Shown here piece by piece: positions 25,266 to 38,140 of a DNA stretch of 64,000 nucleotides. Under the pieces are notes generated by a model. That model ran no database searches. It had not been told where the DNA came from and saw only the letters and a list, made by a program, of their open reading frames with translations. The stretch is taken from positions 106,146,001-106,210,000 of the forward strand of contig NC_058368.1 of assembly GCF_018350175.1 (NCBI RefSeq). Direction: 5' to 3'. Source of the DNA: Felis catus. Taxonomy: Eukaryota. The first letter of the stretch is position 1; each line of letters begins with the position of its first letter. The translations under genes were made by a program, and so were the position numbers.

Positions 25266-25458
25266 GGGCGCCTGAGTGGCTCAGTCAGTTAAGACTCTTG
25301 ATCTCCACTCAGGTCATGATCTCACAGTTTGTGGGTTTGAGACCCGTATCGGTCTCTCTCTCTTGGGATTCTCTCTTCCTCTCTCTTTACCCCTGCCCAA
25401 CTCATGCTCCCCTCTCCCTCTCTCTCTCAAAATAAATAAATAAGTTTACAAAAATAAA
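25266..25458 (+). mobile_element. Can-SINE (older)
   Basis: SINE; TSD cttaagtggga. Confidence 0.9.
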
Positions 25459-25529
25459 GCAGATACTTAAGTGGGAGAGGGAGAGGATGATTCAGGAAGT
25501 CTAGTTGAGAAGCCGTTTTGAAAGGCCTC

Positions 25530-25640
25530 ATTAAAGACTATGAGGTAGGCACTGTTGCTATTTCCATTTTGGAAATGAGGAGACTGGGGCCCAGAAAGGT
25601 TAAGTCATTTGACACATGTAAATGGAGAGCTAGGATGGGC
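25530..25640 (-). mobile_element. MIR
   Basis: ccattttggaaatgaggagactggggcccagaaaggttaagtcatttg. Confidence 0.8.
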
Positions 25641-26321
25641 CCTTTGGTTTAGGATTATGGACAATGTAAGAGGTACATCATGACTCTACCCTAAGATTAG
25701 AGGCAGGTGTTCAATCTCAACAGACAAAGGAAAGTTGCAGAGTAAGAGCTTCAGGAAATATGTTATATAAACCTAATTTAGAGCTTGTTCTTTGGGTTCA
25801 TCGTGAAGCAATCCAAATTAAGTCATGTTAATGACACCTGAGCGTTTACTCCAACTCTGGTAGTGCTGGGGAAAGAGAAAAGGAAATCCCTAATTCCAGC
25901 CACAGTGGCTAGGCATCCAAGCCTCATGGGTATCTGCCTCTACGTTATGACGTTTGTCTGACTGCAGGGCTTCAGTTCAAACTAAGTGTTTCTTGAAGGT
26001 CTTCCATCTGTTACGAACTGTGTGAGGTACCAGGGATATGAACATGAGAACATCAAGCAGTTTCCAACCTAGCAAGGGAGTCTGACATATATACAAAGTC
26101 CCACAGTACCAACTGGAAAGTCTGTATAGAGGTATATGAACAAAATGGCATGGGAGCCCAAGATAGGGCTATTTATTTTTCTGGGAGTTAGAAGATGGGT
26201 GAGTGTAGGTTAATGGGGGGCAACAAGTCAAATGCAGTGATCCAGCTTGAGTATACACATGAGGGACCTATGTGTCTGGTTCTGGATGTGGCAGGTGCTC
26301 AGGTATAACTGTCAATCTAGA

Positions 26322-26548
26322 GGGGCGCCTGGGTGGCGCAGTCGGTTGAGCGTCCGACTTCAGCCAGGTCATGATCTCGCGGTCCGTGAGTTCGAGCCCC
26401 GCGTCGGGCTCTGTGCTGACAGCTCAGAGCCTGGAGCCTGTTTCCGATTCTGTGTCTCCCTCTCTCTCTGCCCCTCCCCCGTTCATGCTCTGTCTCTCTC
26501 TGTCCCAAAAATAAATTAAAAAACGTTGAAAAAAAATTTAAAAAAAAA
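26322..26548 (+). mobile_element. Young SINEC_Fc-type SINE
   Basis: Near-consensus and CpG-rich; TSD aactgt(c/t)aatctaga. Confidence 0.95.
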
Positions 26549-27184
26549 CTGTTAATCTAGAAACACAGGGAAGTATCACAAGATGAAATTAGGTGGAGTA
26601 CTTTATTAACATCATGCTAAGACATCGTAACTCTGCATTGTAGATAATGCAGAATCATTATAAGTTTGGTTTTTAAAGAAGGGTGAGGTGACATGATTAG
26701 ATATGAATCTTAGAAAGTTGAATTTTAGAACTAATGATGGGACAGAGAACAGGGGCTTCAATTAGGATGTATTTGTGATATAGCAGACCAGAAAATTTGG
26801 ATAGAACAAGACCAGAGGAATATAATGAAGGTAGAATTTACAGGATTTTGAGAACCATTCATTACATGTGAGGCAAAGAGCCCTGAGAACAAAGGAGGTC
26901 AAAGTTGACTCCAAGTCTCCTTGCTGTGCATGTAGGTTGATGCTTATTAAGTCAGCGAGGGAGCACAAACGAGAAGTCCATTTGGAGTGGAGGACATAAC
27001 GTGTACCATACTGGACAGGTTAATTTGGAGGAGCCTATAAAATATGCAAGCAAAGGTGATATAGGTGATAGCAAACCAGGATGAAGAGTTCAGAGGAGAA
27101 TGATCGGGACCTCTGGTACAGAGGTGGGAGCGGGTCATTTGTACACAGATAACAGATGACGCATGTGAATAGATTAAATCTCTC

Positions 27185-27402
27185 TTTTTTAAGTGTTTAT
27201 TTATTAGCTTTAAGAGAGAGAAAGAGAGAGAGAGAGCAAGGGAGGGGCAGAGAAGGAGAAAGAGGGGGACAGAGAATGCAAGCAGGCTCCGCATGGTCAG
27301 TGCAGAGCCTCATGCGGGGCTGGAACTCCCGAACTGTGAGATCATGACCTGAGCTGAAATCAAGAGTTGGAAGTTCAACCAACTGAGTCACCCAGGCAAC
27401 CC
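27185..27402 (-). mobile_element. Can-SINE
   Basis: Reverse SINE. Confidence 0.9.
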
Positions 27403-27479
27403 ATCAAATAAGTTAATTCTCTTACTAAAAGAGTGCAAAATAGGAAGAAAGCAGATTAAAAGGATAAAACATGCCCATT

Positions 27480-27625
27480 TCAATCACTGCGGGCCTCAGA
27501 CTAGCAGCATCAGAGTTGGCATTTGTTAGAAATGCAAATTATCAAGCCTTATCTGAGACTTGTGGGTGGAATAGATAAACGTATGTTTCAGCGGCTTCTG
27601 ATGAATGCAATCTGAGAGCCAGTGA
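27480..27625. mobile_element. MER5A-like hAT DNA transposon remnant
   Basis: agcagcatcag...tttgttagaaatgcaaatt...tgagagccagtg. Confidence 0.65.
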
Positions 27626-27943
27626 TTTACTCTATTGAAGAAAAAGAAGAGCCATCAAGTGAACAGCCAGAGAAGAAGGAAGGAGGGCAAGAGATGTGAT
27701 GGCACAGAAGTTTTCTTGGAGAGAACTTCAAGCATGGTCAGTCTCAGATACAGCAGAAACTTCAAGTATGAGGAGACTGGGTAGAGGTCACAGGAACTAC
27801 ATATTAGAAGGTTTGTGAGGGTAAGTACACTAAAAAAAATGAAGATCATACCTGGTGGAGGCATCAATTCAAAGTCAAGCTAGGAGAATGGGAGTGTAGT
27901 CTACTTACTCAAGCAGTTTACAAAAGAAGTAAGATGTTAATGG

Positions 27944-27945
<2 letters not shown>

Positions 27946-27989
<44 letters not shown>

Positions 27990-28165
27990 TTAGAGAGAGA
28001 ATGAGTCGGGGGCCGGGAAGAGCAGAGGGAGAGAGAGACAGTCTTAAGCAGGATCCACGCTAAGGCATGGACCCTCCGCGGGGCTTGATCCCATGACCCT
28101 GGGATCATGACCTGAGCCAAAATCAAGAGTCAGATGCTCAACCAACTGAGCCACCCAGATGCCCC
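27946..28165 (-). mobile_element. Can-SINE with (TTA)n-expanded tail
   Basis: (tta)n at 27946-27988 followed by the reverse SINE body. Confidence 0.9.
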
Positions 28166-28724
28166 AAGATGTTGATGTTTTGATGACGCCAAAGACCGTT
28201 TTTGCTTGTTTTTTAAGTGGAGAGCTTGAGTATGACTTTATATTAAGGGGAAGGAAGATACTAGTTGATACAGCAAATCCTGAAAGGATAATTGGATAAA
28301 ATGGTATGGGAAGCAGACCATAGTCTCAAAGGCAGAAAAGTGATGGAGGTCATTCTCCTTTTGAGAAAAGAGAGAAGACCGTGAGCATGAGGATAAGTTT
28401 GTAGCTGGAAAGGAGAGAGCTTGAGGGAGCTCATGCCAGCAAACCTCTGTTCCCAGGGAAGCAATAGGCAAAGCTATTTTCTTTGAGTGAGAGCTGACAA
28501 GACCAGAAGAACTTGAAAGTGGTCACGGTTTGAAAAAGATCTCTGGGAACAGGAACACTGGAGAAAGCCCAATGACCTGTCAAACAGAAATGGCCTCAGT
28601 TTCCTCTTCTTGCTCATTTCTTAGATGTTGTACATTTCCCAATTGTAATTTGTCACCGCATTCTTAATGCCCCACCTTGTGGCCTGGCAGAAGGAAGGAT
28701 CTTTCTTTTCCTTGAGAGGCTCAC

Positions 28725-28982
28725 CAGGCTCTGGCACAGGTTTGACATCAAACTCAGGTCAGCAGAATGGATAGCAGAGATGCTGTTCACCCAGTTCATT
28801 TCACTCTGGACAGGCCCCTCGAGAAGAGAATGAAGAGTGTTGTTTGTGGGCTTAGAAAGTTGTAGCCAAAGCGTAAATGAATTAATTTCGAGAATCCAAA
28901 TATCCGGGAATGATTGTAATAATGCTCGACTGTTAGAACCTACATTTATCCTGCAGATCAGTTTTCTGGTATTTGCATGGGC
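28725..28982 (-). pseudogene. DNAAF9-like exon remnant (258 bp, phase 0-0, still open)
   Basis: Acceptor cctaattcatttcag|, donor ctg|gtgagc. 86 open codons. INSFTLWLQLSKPTNNTLHSLLEGPVQSEMNWVNS~[35 protein letters not shown]. Confidence 0.75.
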
Positions 28983-29503
28983 CTGAAATGAATTAGGTAA
29001 ATGCATTTTCCAGATCTTCCCATTATTCTAAAGCATATAATGGCATTTCAATTTATATAGTCTAGACTTGTTATCTCATACTGCTATTAAGCCATCAAAC
29101 TCACAGAATTTCCCAGGCCACAGATTTCCCTTTTGGCTATTTTCACTCATCAGTTCTGTCCCACCACAGTGCACATTACTCATATAGATTGGAGACCTAA
29201 GAAGAGAGTGAAGTTAATATTCTTGGATGACTGTGCAAATATGAAAAGAATCCTGTTCCACTAATTCATTCCTTTCAAATAATCCAGGTTACCACTTGTA
29301 GATGCCCCAAATAGCTGAGGTCTTTGACCAGTGATAGTTTAAATTTTGGAAACTTGCTCTTTCAGCCCTGTTATAGGCAAAGAATTCTGGAAGACCAAAT
29401 AATTCAGCTAGAAAAGGAAGTTCTCCAAAGGGATAAGCTGCTTAAAACCCACCTTACTTCCAATCATTAACAGTTGTCTCCCAGCTTTAAAGTTCATGAA
29501 GGT

Positions 29504-29679
29504 GGGGCACCTGGGTGTCTCAGTCGGTCACACCTCTGACTCTTGGTCTTGGCTCAGGTCGTATCTCATGGTTCATGGGTTCGAGTCCCATGGCAGGCTC
29601 TACACTGACAGTGAACAGCCTGTGTGGGATTCTCTCTCTCTTTCTCTCTCTGCCTCTCCCCTATGCACGTGTGCGTGCT

Positions 29680-29735
<56 letters not shown>

Positions 29736-29760
29736 TAAATAAATAAACTTAAAAAAAAAC
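29504..29760 (+). mobile_element. Can-SINE with long (CT)n
   Basis: SINE head, CT tract, A tail. Confidence 0.9.
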
Positions 29761-31086
29761 TAAAGTCAGGGCACGAATCAAAAAGTGAAAGGACTTGGGA
29801 AGGGGCTAGAGTCATAATGATGGAGTAGACAGGATATATGTTTTGTCTTCATATCTTGGAATTCTGGAGTTTGCAAGAATGAATCATTGTTCCTGGTGAC
29901 ATTCCTTTTTAACAGGCAATCAAAATAACTACTCAGTAACTATCTGCACATGAGCAGTACCAAGAGTGAAAACAAGTCAGTTTGCTCATTGAAATTATTA
30001 TTTTCATTTTTATCTAATGAACTCTTTTTTCCTTAATTCTAAATAAGTTTCTATCTCAATTATTTATTCTAGGTTAGAAAACATTTTTATGTAGAACGAG
30101 AGGGTGGTGAATATCTCTTCTCATTGCAGACTCACTGTTTTCAAATTATGACATCAATGAAACTATCTACACCAATAGTATAAAAATCCCAAATGCCAAT
30201 ATTTACTTTATTCTGTGTATTGTGCCTCTAATCCAGTATCAATGATTATATTCAGAATGTTGCTCTCTAAAATATCTTTACGACAATTCCTTTGTAATGG
30301 AAAGAGAGCTATAAACTTCAAGTAGAGTAATAATATTTTTTAAATAGAAGATGCCCCAGTCCATCCTTTCATTAAAAAATACACAATGCATTATATCATT
30401 TTTCTTATATCAAATTTAAAGTATACAAAAGTAGAAAGCTAATAGTGAAAGTTTTCCCGCATCTTTCCTCAAGCGTATTTCCTGTGCGGAGGAAATTACT
30501 GCATTAGCCTGTGTTTCTTTCTAGAACATTCTTAGTGTGTTAGTTTTCTTTGGTTTGGTAATAGTACAAAGACTCTTTGGTTGTTCTCTGCACCCAGAAT
30601 TTACAGAAAGTACAAGAAATTGACTATTTGTATGAGCCACTGAAAGATGTGAAGACTAGATTGAGTTTCTGATAACTGGTAAATAATCTGAAGCTTTAAC
30701 GTTTTATGACACAGCCTTATCAGCATCAGTTTCATGCTGCACGTATTTTGTACTTTTGTTGTTACCTATGTCCTCGTGCCACATGAATGAATAAACATGT
30801 CCAATGCACTCTTGGAATTTACATTCTATATGAAGATTTCACATATGTTGTCTTCAAAATTCCAAATTAAACAGCTATTGAAATAGAATTTTCTAAAAAT
30901 TTTCACTATTTTGTCAGGGAATTGACCATTCATATTTTTCAAGTGACAACAGGATTAAAATTTGTGAAACAGTGCCCTCTAATGGATAAATAAGTATTTG
31001 AGCTATTATACAAAAGGGAAAAGCATACCTGAAAGACACAATTAAATTGCTTTTCTCATGCTAGTATCTAACACGATGTAATCTAC

Positions 31087-31334
31087 CTTAGGAGATTATT
31101 ATAATAAGGCATAGTAGGATTTTGTGGGGACTGATAATATAACCTAAATGTTTTATTCAGGAGCTTGCACAGCCAACTTGTACACAGCAAAAAACATCTT
31201 TTGATTATGAGTCTTGTGGATGACTTCGTGGGAATCATATAGTAAAACTTGGTAAAAATACCAGACAGCCTCATAGTTATAGACAGCCCCGTACAAACGA
31301 TGTCCTTTCAAATACTGCCAAGTATTTGTCAGAA
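31087..31334 (-). pseudogene. DNAAF9-like pseudo-exon (248 bp, phase 1-0)
   Basis: Acceptor ccatttttactctcag|, donor aag|gtagat. HRLYGAV...VLLYDS...ILSVPTKSYYALL**SP resembles HCRHxSII...ISFYDG...LLIDFKSSLLPHLP. Stops in the 3' part. Confidence 0.65.
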
Positions 31335-32068
31335 CTGAGAGTAAAAATGGCAAGTAACCCAATAACTGACTGGCCTAAAACAAGTATTTCTAGTAAAGGA
31401 GCAATACAACAGATTGCCTGTACTTCAAATACATTTCACAGTGATCCGAATTGAGTCTTCATGTTTGTACAAGTTAATTTTGTTCTTATCCCCTTTCTCT
31501 CCATTATTCTGAGGAATATTACTGTTATTTGTTGTTGGGTCCACCATGTATAGTGTCTGAAAAACATACTACCAGTGTAAGAAAGAAAGGGAAATATGTA
31601 TAAAGAAGGGTGAAGAAAGGAAACGGCTGAGTGAGTGAGACAAACAAATGTTTGGACTTCAACATTTCACACTCCATGTCATACTCAACCCCCTAAATGA
31701 CCCCTAAAGAGGAGTCTCTCTACTCCCATCCCCCTTACCCCTAATTTACAAATGAAACCATTTGTTCCTGGGCAAATTAAGTGAGAAAAGTTCAATTCAC
31801 TCTTGTGATGTTCAGTTTAAGAAGGCACTTAATCTCTCCTCTTTGCTTCCTTGTCTTTACAAGTGGGATAGTGATATTCGCCCTCTACTTTCTCCTCAGT
31901 TAGGGTAGTTAAAGGAGCACTCTGCTTGCTTGGAATACTCAGCTGTGATCATGAGCTCTTTGAGGGCAGAGACTGAGAATCAGCCTTCTGCCCTTATCTT
32001 AAAGCAATGCTTAATATTTCATAGACGATTTAAATTTTATCGAGTGAACTGAAATCTGCCTTGGTATC

Positions 32069-32587
32069 TGTATTGGTTTGCAAGGGCTACCGTAACAAAG
32101 TATAAAAAGCTGGTGGCTGGGGGTACTTGGGTAGCTCAGTTGCTTAAGCGCCTGACTTTTGGTTTGGGCTCAGGTAATGATCTCACAGTTTGTGAGATAG
32201 AGCCCTGCATCAGGCTCTGAGCTGTCAGCACTGGGTGGCTGAAACAACAGAATTGTGTTGTGTCAGTTCTGGAGGCTAGAAGTGCAAAACCAAGATGTAA
32301 GAGAAGAATCTGTTCCAGGATGTCTCCTTGACTTGTAGATGGCCATTTTCTCCCTGCATCTCTTACAGTATTTTCCTTCTATTCATGCCTGTTTGTGTGT
32401 CCAGATTTCCCCCTTCTCATGAGACATAGGTCATACTGGAGTTGGGACCCACCCTACTCCAGCATGACCTCATCTTAACCAATTATACCAGCAATAACCC
32501 TGTTTCCAAATAAGGTCACATTCGGAGGTTTTGGGGATTAGGACTTTGATGCATGAATTTTTAGAGGACACAATTCAACCCGTAACA
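32069..32587 (-). mobile_element. MLT1 (A/B/C-like) MaLR LTR
   Basis: tgtattggtttg...cagttctggaggctagaagt...ccctgtttccaaataaggtcacatt...acaattcaacccgtaaca. Confidence 0.85.
32119..32231 (+). mobile_element. 3'-truncated Can-SINE inside MLT1
   Basis: SINE head only; flanked by ctggtggct / ctgggtggct. Confidence 0.8.
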
Positions 32588-33303
32588 GTCTCCCTTTAAG
32601 GACAAATTAGTTATCAGCAAGACACCCAAACTCTGAATAGGATCTGGTCTGAAATGCAATGCTATATATTTCTGGTAAGGTCTAAACTTCAGAAAGAAAG
32701 AATCTTAGTGCTAGAATCTTAGTGCTCATGTGCTCCTTCCCCCTCTCCATCTGCTTATTGCCCTTTCTTTCTGTCATTCTTGTTACCATTCCTTTCTCTC
32801 TCCTCAATTCCCTTTTAATAGACTACCCCCAGCAAATAGAAGGAATGCCCACCTGCAGGCTAGAACGAACTCTGGCTTTCAGAGCATTTTTTGGTGTCAG
32901 CGAGCGTCTGGCTTAAAACAATTTATTTCTTCTGCTTGGCTGTGGATCACATATAAAAGTCTTTTAATAGCACCTAATAGTAGCTTAGTAGAGATACATC
33001 CACTATTAAAAACTATGCAAAATAGATTTTAAAAAAGGATCATATGTGTAAAAAAAATCCTAGGTAAAAATGCTCATCTCCCCACCCTACCCCCATCACA
33101 TCCTAAGTTGATAGTCTCTAGAAGCTGAAGCAAAAGAAAAGAATGCAGCATTTCTTTTGCTTTGGATCACATCTACCTCTTTGTTCAGGACGTAGACTTT
33201 GACCCTGAGCCATCTATTATGTGTTTTTGTTCCTGACCTTGGTTATACATTTCAGATGTGAAATTTTTCACAGATGGCTCAGTGACGGTCTTTTGTTCCT
33301 TAC

Positions 33304-33339
33304 CTTGGAAAAAATTATTTTGTGTCTGTGCATGAATGT
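33304..33339 (-). pseudogene. Small pseudo-exon (36 bp, phase 1-1)
   Basis: Strong acceptor ttatttctcttattag| and donor aag|gtaagg. Reads DIHAQTQNNFFQ. Phase fits the flanking exons. Confidence 0.5.
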
Positions 33340-33889
33340 CTAATAAGAGAAATAATATCTGTATACTAAGAGAGATGGACTAGTGCCCTGCAAATCTACT
33401 GAGGATATTCTAATAGTAGGCCTGATCCAAAATATTTGATCAATGAGACCATAATATTTAGATTTTTTGCAGCCTGTTTCATGCAGCATCCAAGTCAAGA
33501 TTATGAACATTTTCAAACTTTTTATAAAATTGAATGCAATGAATAAAAACTCAGCTTCATAAGTATGTATCTTAATGGAGGTTAATGAGTTCCTAGTGAT
33601 TAGGATGTTGGCTTAACATATATAAACTGTTTGATCAGACACTCTAGGTAACATTTTTAAGTGGTGTAATGGTTTTCTTTTGTGCGTGTATGTGTCCGGC
33701 TTAGGAAAGCTTTATCCTTTCCTTTCTTGTGTTCAGCATTTTTACCTTCTCTATTCATTAAATCTTACCCCAATAGGAAGATCTGAAACTCATTTATATA
33801 TATTCAAATGTGTTTGATAATAGTTTAGTGTTACACCTTCCAAGGAGAATTATAATTATTATGATTATTATTGTTATCGTCATTATTAT

Positions 33890-34102
33890 TTGTTTTTTAA
33901 TTTTTTTAATGTTTATTTTATTTTTTGAGAGAGAAAGAGAACGAGTCGGGGAGGGGCAGAGAGAGGGAGACACAGAGTCCGAAGAAGGCTCTGGGCTGCG
34001 AGCTGTCAACAGAGCCCAACGCGGGGCTCAAACTCATGAACTATGAGGTTGTGACCAGAGCTGAAGTTGAATGCTTAACCGACTAAGCCACCCAGGCACC
34101 CC
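33890..34102 (-). mobile_element. Can-SINE
   Basis: Reverse SINE. Confidence 0.9.
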
Positions 34103-34240
34103 ATATCATCATTATTGTTAAGAGGGGGAGGAGACATTGGTTCTTCAACATAAGGCAACTCAGATTCCTCAGTGGTATTTCGGCATATGTGATATATTCG
34201 AGGGAACGATTTTAAAAGAGGACAGCAGAAATAATCTTAC

Positions 34241-34285
34241 CCATCCTTGAAGACCCTCTGTTTAGGTAAGAGCCATCTCTATCAC
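34241..34285 (-). pseudogene. DNAAF9-like small pseudo-exon (45 bp; may start further upstream)
   Basis: Acceptor atcctaccttag|, donor tgg|gtaaga. (G/S)DRDGSYLNRG~GDESFLGTYLTGG. Phase 1-1. Confidence 0.45.
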
Positions 34286-34699
34286 CTAAGGTAGGATTTT
34301 CAATGGAAACTTTGTGACTCTTAGATTTTTATGAAGTTAATATAGTAGGATGCAACTGGAATTTTTTTTAATGAAATAGAACAGAATGTGTTGAGAAGAA
34401 TACAATAGAAAGGACCCATCTCATGTATGTATGTACCTGTCATGAAAACAAATGCATAATTAAAAACACTTACTCTTTGTTAAATACTGAGACTCTCTAT
34501 AAAGTATATATTTTACTGGGGCTTATGCTGGGAGACATTTGAAATGCGCTGCCGTCGGCAGAAGATACAGTTGAGAGAATATAACAGTGGGCATCCCTAA
34601 CCACTACCTTAGGACTCCATCCTTGGACTGTTAGACATGTGTGTTTAGGATGTCAACACTACTGTCCATCTGAAAAGAAAATTTTCCACATTTCTAATA

Positions 34700-34965
34700 C
34701 CATGATTCAACAAATATTTACTGGGTGCTCACTGGGTCTAGTCACTACTCAATACAAGAGAAATAAGGCATTTGTGACAGGGTCTTGGCCCTTGAGAAAT
34801 TCACATTCTGGGAAAACAGACCAAAGAAACAACCACAATGCCACGTGGCAGTGAGAGATGATCACGGAGGACTCTAAGAGCTTCTAACACAAACCAAGAA
34901 GGCTTCCTGAAGGTGGTGATCCCTGACGTTAATCTAAGTGGACAAATAGAATTAACCAGCTTGGT
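34700..34965 (-). mobile_element. L2 3' end
   Basis: attcaacaaatatttactgggtgc...gaaggcttcctgaaggtggtga. Confidence 0.75.
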
Positions 34966-35758
34966 CAGAGTCGAGTCAGAGAAGTGAAACTCATTCCAGT
35001 GTAGCTGAAGGGAAGAAATTGAACAGACAGAATAGCTTCAAAGGTACTGGAAGAATTGATAGAACAAATGGCAAAAGCTGAAGCGATTCAGAGGTTAGCA
35101 CCTGCAGGGAAACTCTCTCGCTCCTAGGGCCAGGGCAATAAAGAAAAATGGTGGTGCCGGTCAGGGGCAGGGCAGCTGAGGTTGCCAGGTGGAGACAGAA
35201 ATATCACAGAGTCTGCTTACTGGGGACTGGAACCATGGAGGACACACAGCCCTGTCAGGGAATCTGCCTGTAGCAGAAAGGAGGGGCTGGGGTAGAACGG
35301 TGTGCGTGTAGGGAGGGGTGGAATACCCTGATTTTTACCTTCCTCCTATACACCAGTTTCCCATTACTGGCTCCCACTGCCCAGGCATGGGAGCCTAAGA
35401 ATATGCTTTGCTGAGGTGAGCTCCCTGTGATACAGAACAGAGAAGAGAAAAGGCAGGAAATGGATGACAGAGCCAGTGGGCAAATACCAAGCCAAAGAAC
35501 AGGATGTTGCAGGGCCGGAGAAAAAAGACAAGTCTCGAGGAGCCGTAAACTGCTCAGTGTGGCTGGGCTGCAGGTGGACATTGGAAACTGGTTACAGTTT
35601 CCAAAGGTAAGCAGTTTTAGGTCATGAATGACCCTGTGATCATCCTGAGAAGTTTGCTTTTTTTTTTTTGTTTTGTCAGGATGATGCAAGCCATTGAAGA
35701 TTCTGGTATACTTGTATGCCTATGTGTATACATGCAAAAGATTTGTTAAAATCAAAGC

Positions 35759-35980
35759 AGGGTGCCTGGGTGGCTCAATCGGTTGAGTATCTGACTTCGG
35801 CTCGGGTCATTATCTTGCAGTTGACAAGTTCGAGCCCCGCGTTGGGCTCTGTGCTGACAACTCAGAGCCTGGAGCTTGCTTCAGATTCTGTGTCTCCTTC
35901 TCTCTTTGCCCCTCCCCAGCTCATGCTCTGTCTCTCTCTGTCTCAAAAATAAATAAACATTAAAAAAAATTTTTTTTAAA
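35759..35980 (+). mobile_element. Can-SINE
   Basis: Full SINE; TSD aaatcaaag. Confidence 0.95.
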
Positions 35981-37332
35981 TCAAAGTAAAACAGGTACAC
36001 AGTAAAGACAAAAAAAGAAAAAAAAGTCCAAGAGGAAAGGGCTTATTCTTCCACCCTCTCTCCTCCATTCCTCCTTCAAAAAGAAATCACTCATAGCCTC
36101 TTCTGTTTTAGTTCTTGTAGCTTCACTGGCAAGTGTAAATATGATGCTTATTCCATTCTGCTATTTTCTTGATTTTTAAAACCTTCAACAGCACATTTTG
36201 ACCACTCCTATAGAAGGTAAAGGCTTAGTTCATTTAAAAGCTACACCCTGTTTGTCTCTTCTCCTAATTTTTAAGTACATGCGATGTTTTTAGCGCTTGC
36301 ATTTTTATTTTTCCCTTCAAAGATGTAAATGGTCTTTCTTTTTGTTCCAGCAACACTTAACAGTATCTTTTTATGCTCCCTCATCTTCGGAAGTACGAAT
36401 GTGAATGTTTCTATATTCCTTTTAGCTGCTCATTACTTGCTTCTGTCTCCCAGCTTGTGGCAGGTTTAAATTCACTCTCTAGTCTGGCAAGTAATCACAT
36501 ATTCCTTAGCTGACTTGTGAGAAATGGAATCTGCATGTATACTAGAAAGTGGTGAAATCATTCAAGCCTTTCTGACGGTACGGTCCACTTTCTTCATGCC
36601 TGTTCTCCATCCCATGCCAGAGTGTGAATTATTCCTAGATGCAGCACTGTGTTGGACACACAAGTGATGTGATTACAAACTATATCCTCACTAACGGAAT
36701 GTCTGTAGTATTATTTTCTAGAATTAGGTGGTCACATAGGCAAAATTATTTTAATTAGCATTGAAATAATACAAGTTGTTTTCCCAGACAGCTAACTTAA
36801 GGGGAAAGTTATTTTAAATCTGAGTTCACATCTAAATGACAAAAACAAAAAAACCCTAAAACTAATCCGCCTTTGGGAAAATAAACAGAATCCTTTACAA
36901 AAGAGAAAGGAGGACCATCAGTGTGGTTATACCTTTCTGTATGTAATTAATGGGCTTTAAAAACTTGCATGCAAATCACATGTGTGTAAACAGAATTTCA
37001 TTTCAGGATCATTAAGAGACCTCAGTATTCAAAATAATTCCGTAATGAATCATTTATAAAGCACAGAATTCTTTTATGGTGCAAATAATCATCTTTAGTT
37101 TATTTTTCAGTCAATTCGAATTTTCACATACTGAGTTTGCTTAACTCATGACACAGCTGTGTTTATGGAGAAAACTGAACTCTTGTAGATGAGTAACGTT
37201 ATCATCATTCATTTTCTCCAGACTATGGAGGATACGCAAAGATGACAGCTATGATCCTTAAGCCTTGCCAAGAGCTTACCAGAGTGATCTTTTGTAAACA
37301 TGCTATGGATAGTTTCCCTAAGATACACTCAC

Positions 37333-37698
37333 TTTTAATTCCTTCAAAAAACTTTAGATGGAGACTGAACCAGGAAGGAAAGATAGATAAGACCATGCTG
37401 TCCACCTACATCTGTCCTCTGTCCTCCTTGCTGCCTCCATACAGCATCACTTAGAAGCTTAAGGGAGAGGCTATTCATTATATCTAAGAGTCACCCAAAT
37501 ATGAAGTGGCCTCTTTCCACAGCCACTTCAGTAGTTAATGCCAGTATGGCCCTTGGTCATTTCACTGGGTCTTCTGTCTTAACATAGGGTGACTCTTGAT
37601 GGCACAGGTTTAAAATCTTGAGCTTACTAAACACAGATTTATCTGGTTTGCTGAAAGTAGACCATAAAGTTGGACAACTTGCAGTTTCTGATGACAGC
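37333..37698 (-). pseudogene. DNAAF9-like pseudo-exon (366 bp, phase 1-1)
   Basis: Acceptor tgttttttctag|, donor aaa|gtgagt. One frame with stops: KLQVVQLYGLL~IRLLSQIYAAV, NDQG~NNQG, LWKEATSYLGD~FVKTACMAVYD, KEDRGQM*VDSMVLSIFPSWFS~[25 protein letters not shown]. Confidence 0.75.
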
Positions 37699-38071
37699 CT
37701 AGAAAAAACATTCCCATAGGAAAAGAATTCCCAGTAATACCATTTCTGTGAATTGTGTCTAAGAGACATTAATCCAGTAAAAGAATAAAATGTTGTTATT
37801 TTTGTAACAGAATAAAGATTAAAGAATCAAAGGAGCCAATGGGAAGGGAAGGCAAAATAATCTATCTCATGAGGTAGTAGCCAGCCATTATAAAGATAAT
37901 TATGATGACTACAGAGCACAAGGAAAATGGTTACTACAGGCACACATATATTAATTATAGTAGTTTAATGAGAGGAACATTTATAGACAACTACCAGAAA
38001 GAACACAAGCGGTTTTGTTAGGGAGAAATAATTGTAAATAACATTTCTATGATTTCCAAGTATTTTTAATA

Positions 38072-38140
38072 CCATGAGATCATGACCTGAGCTGAAACCA
38101 AGTGTCGAATGCTTTACCGACGGAGCCACCCAAGCACCCC
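38072..38140 (-). mobile_element. Can-SINE head fragment
   Basis: ccatgagatcatgacctgagctgaaaccaag...gagccacccaagcacccc. Confidence 0.8.

Larger units (their letters stand above)
25975..28480 (-). mobile_element. Fragmented L2, interrupted by SINEs and a MER5-like element
   Basis: Purine-rich antisense L2 text (gtgacatgattagat, gtcaaagttgactccaag, gagttcagaggaga). Confidence 0.6.

Noticed and set aside
30598..30672. Plus-strand exon-like segment NLQKVQEIDYLYEPLKDVKTRLSF* (similar candidates at ~15545, ~18605, ~24779, ~30130)
   Set aside because: No coherent phase chain or homology; compatible with chance splice-like motifs in AT-rich DNA.
35255..35689. 144-aa minus-strand ORF within an intron
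   Set aside because: No DNAAF9-like motifs, low-complexity start, and sequence resembling an old LTR or L2 remnant.
28725..37698. Resemblance to dynein heavy chain AAA2 motifs (VVQLY, LYG...W, LEGPV...LSLMS)
   Set aside because: Spacing and order were inconsistent. The same segments fit DNAAF9 collinearly with all neighbouring exons.
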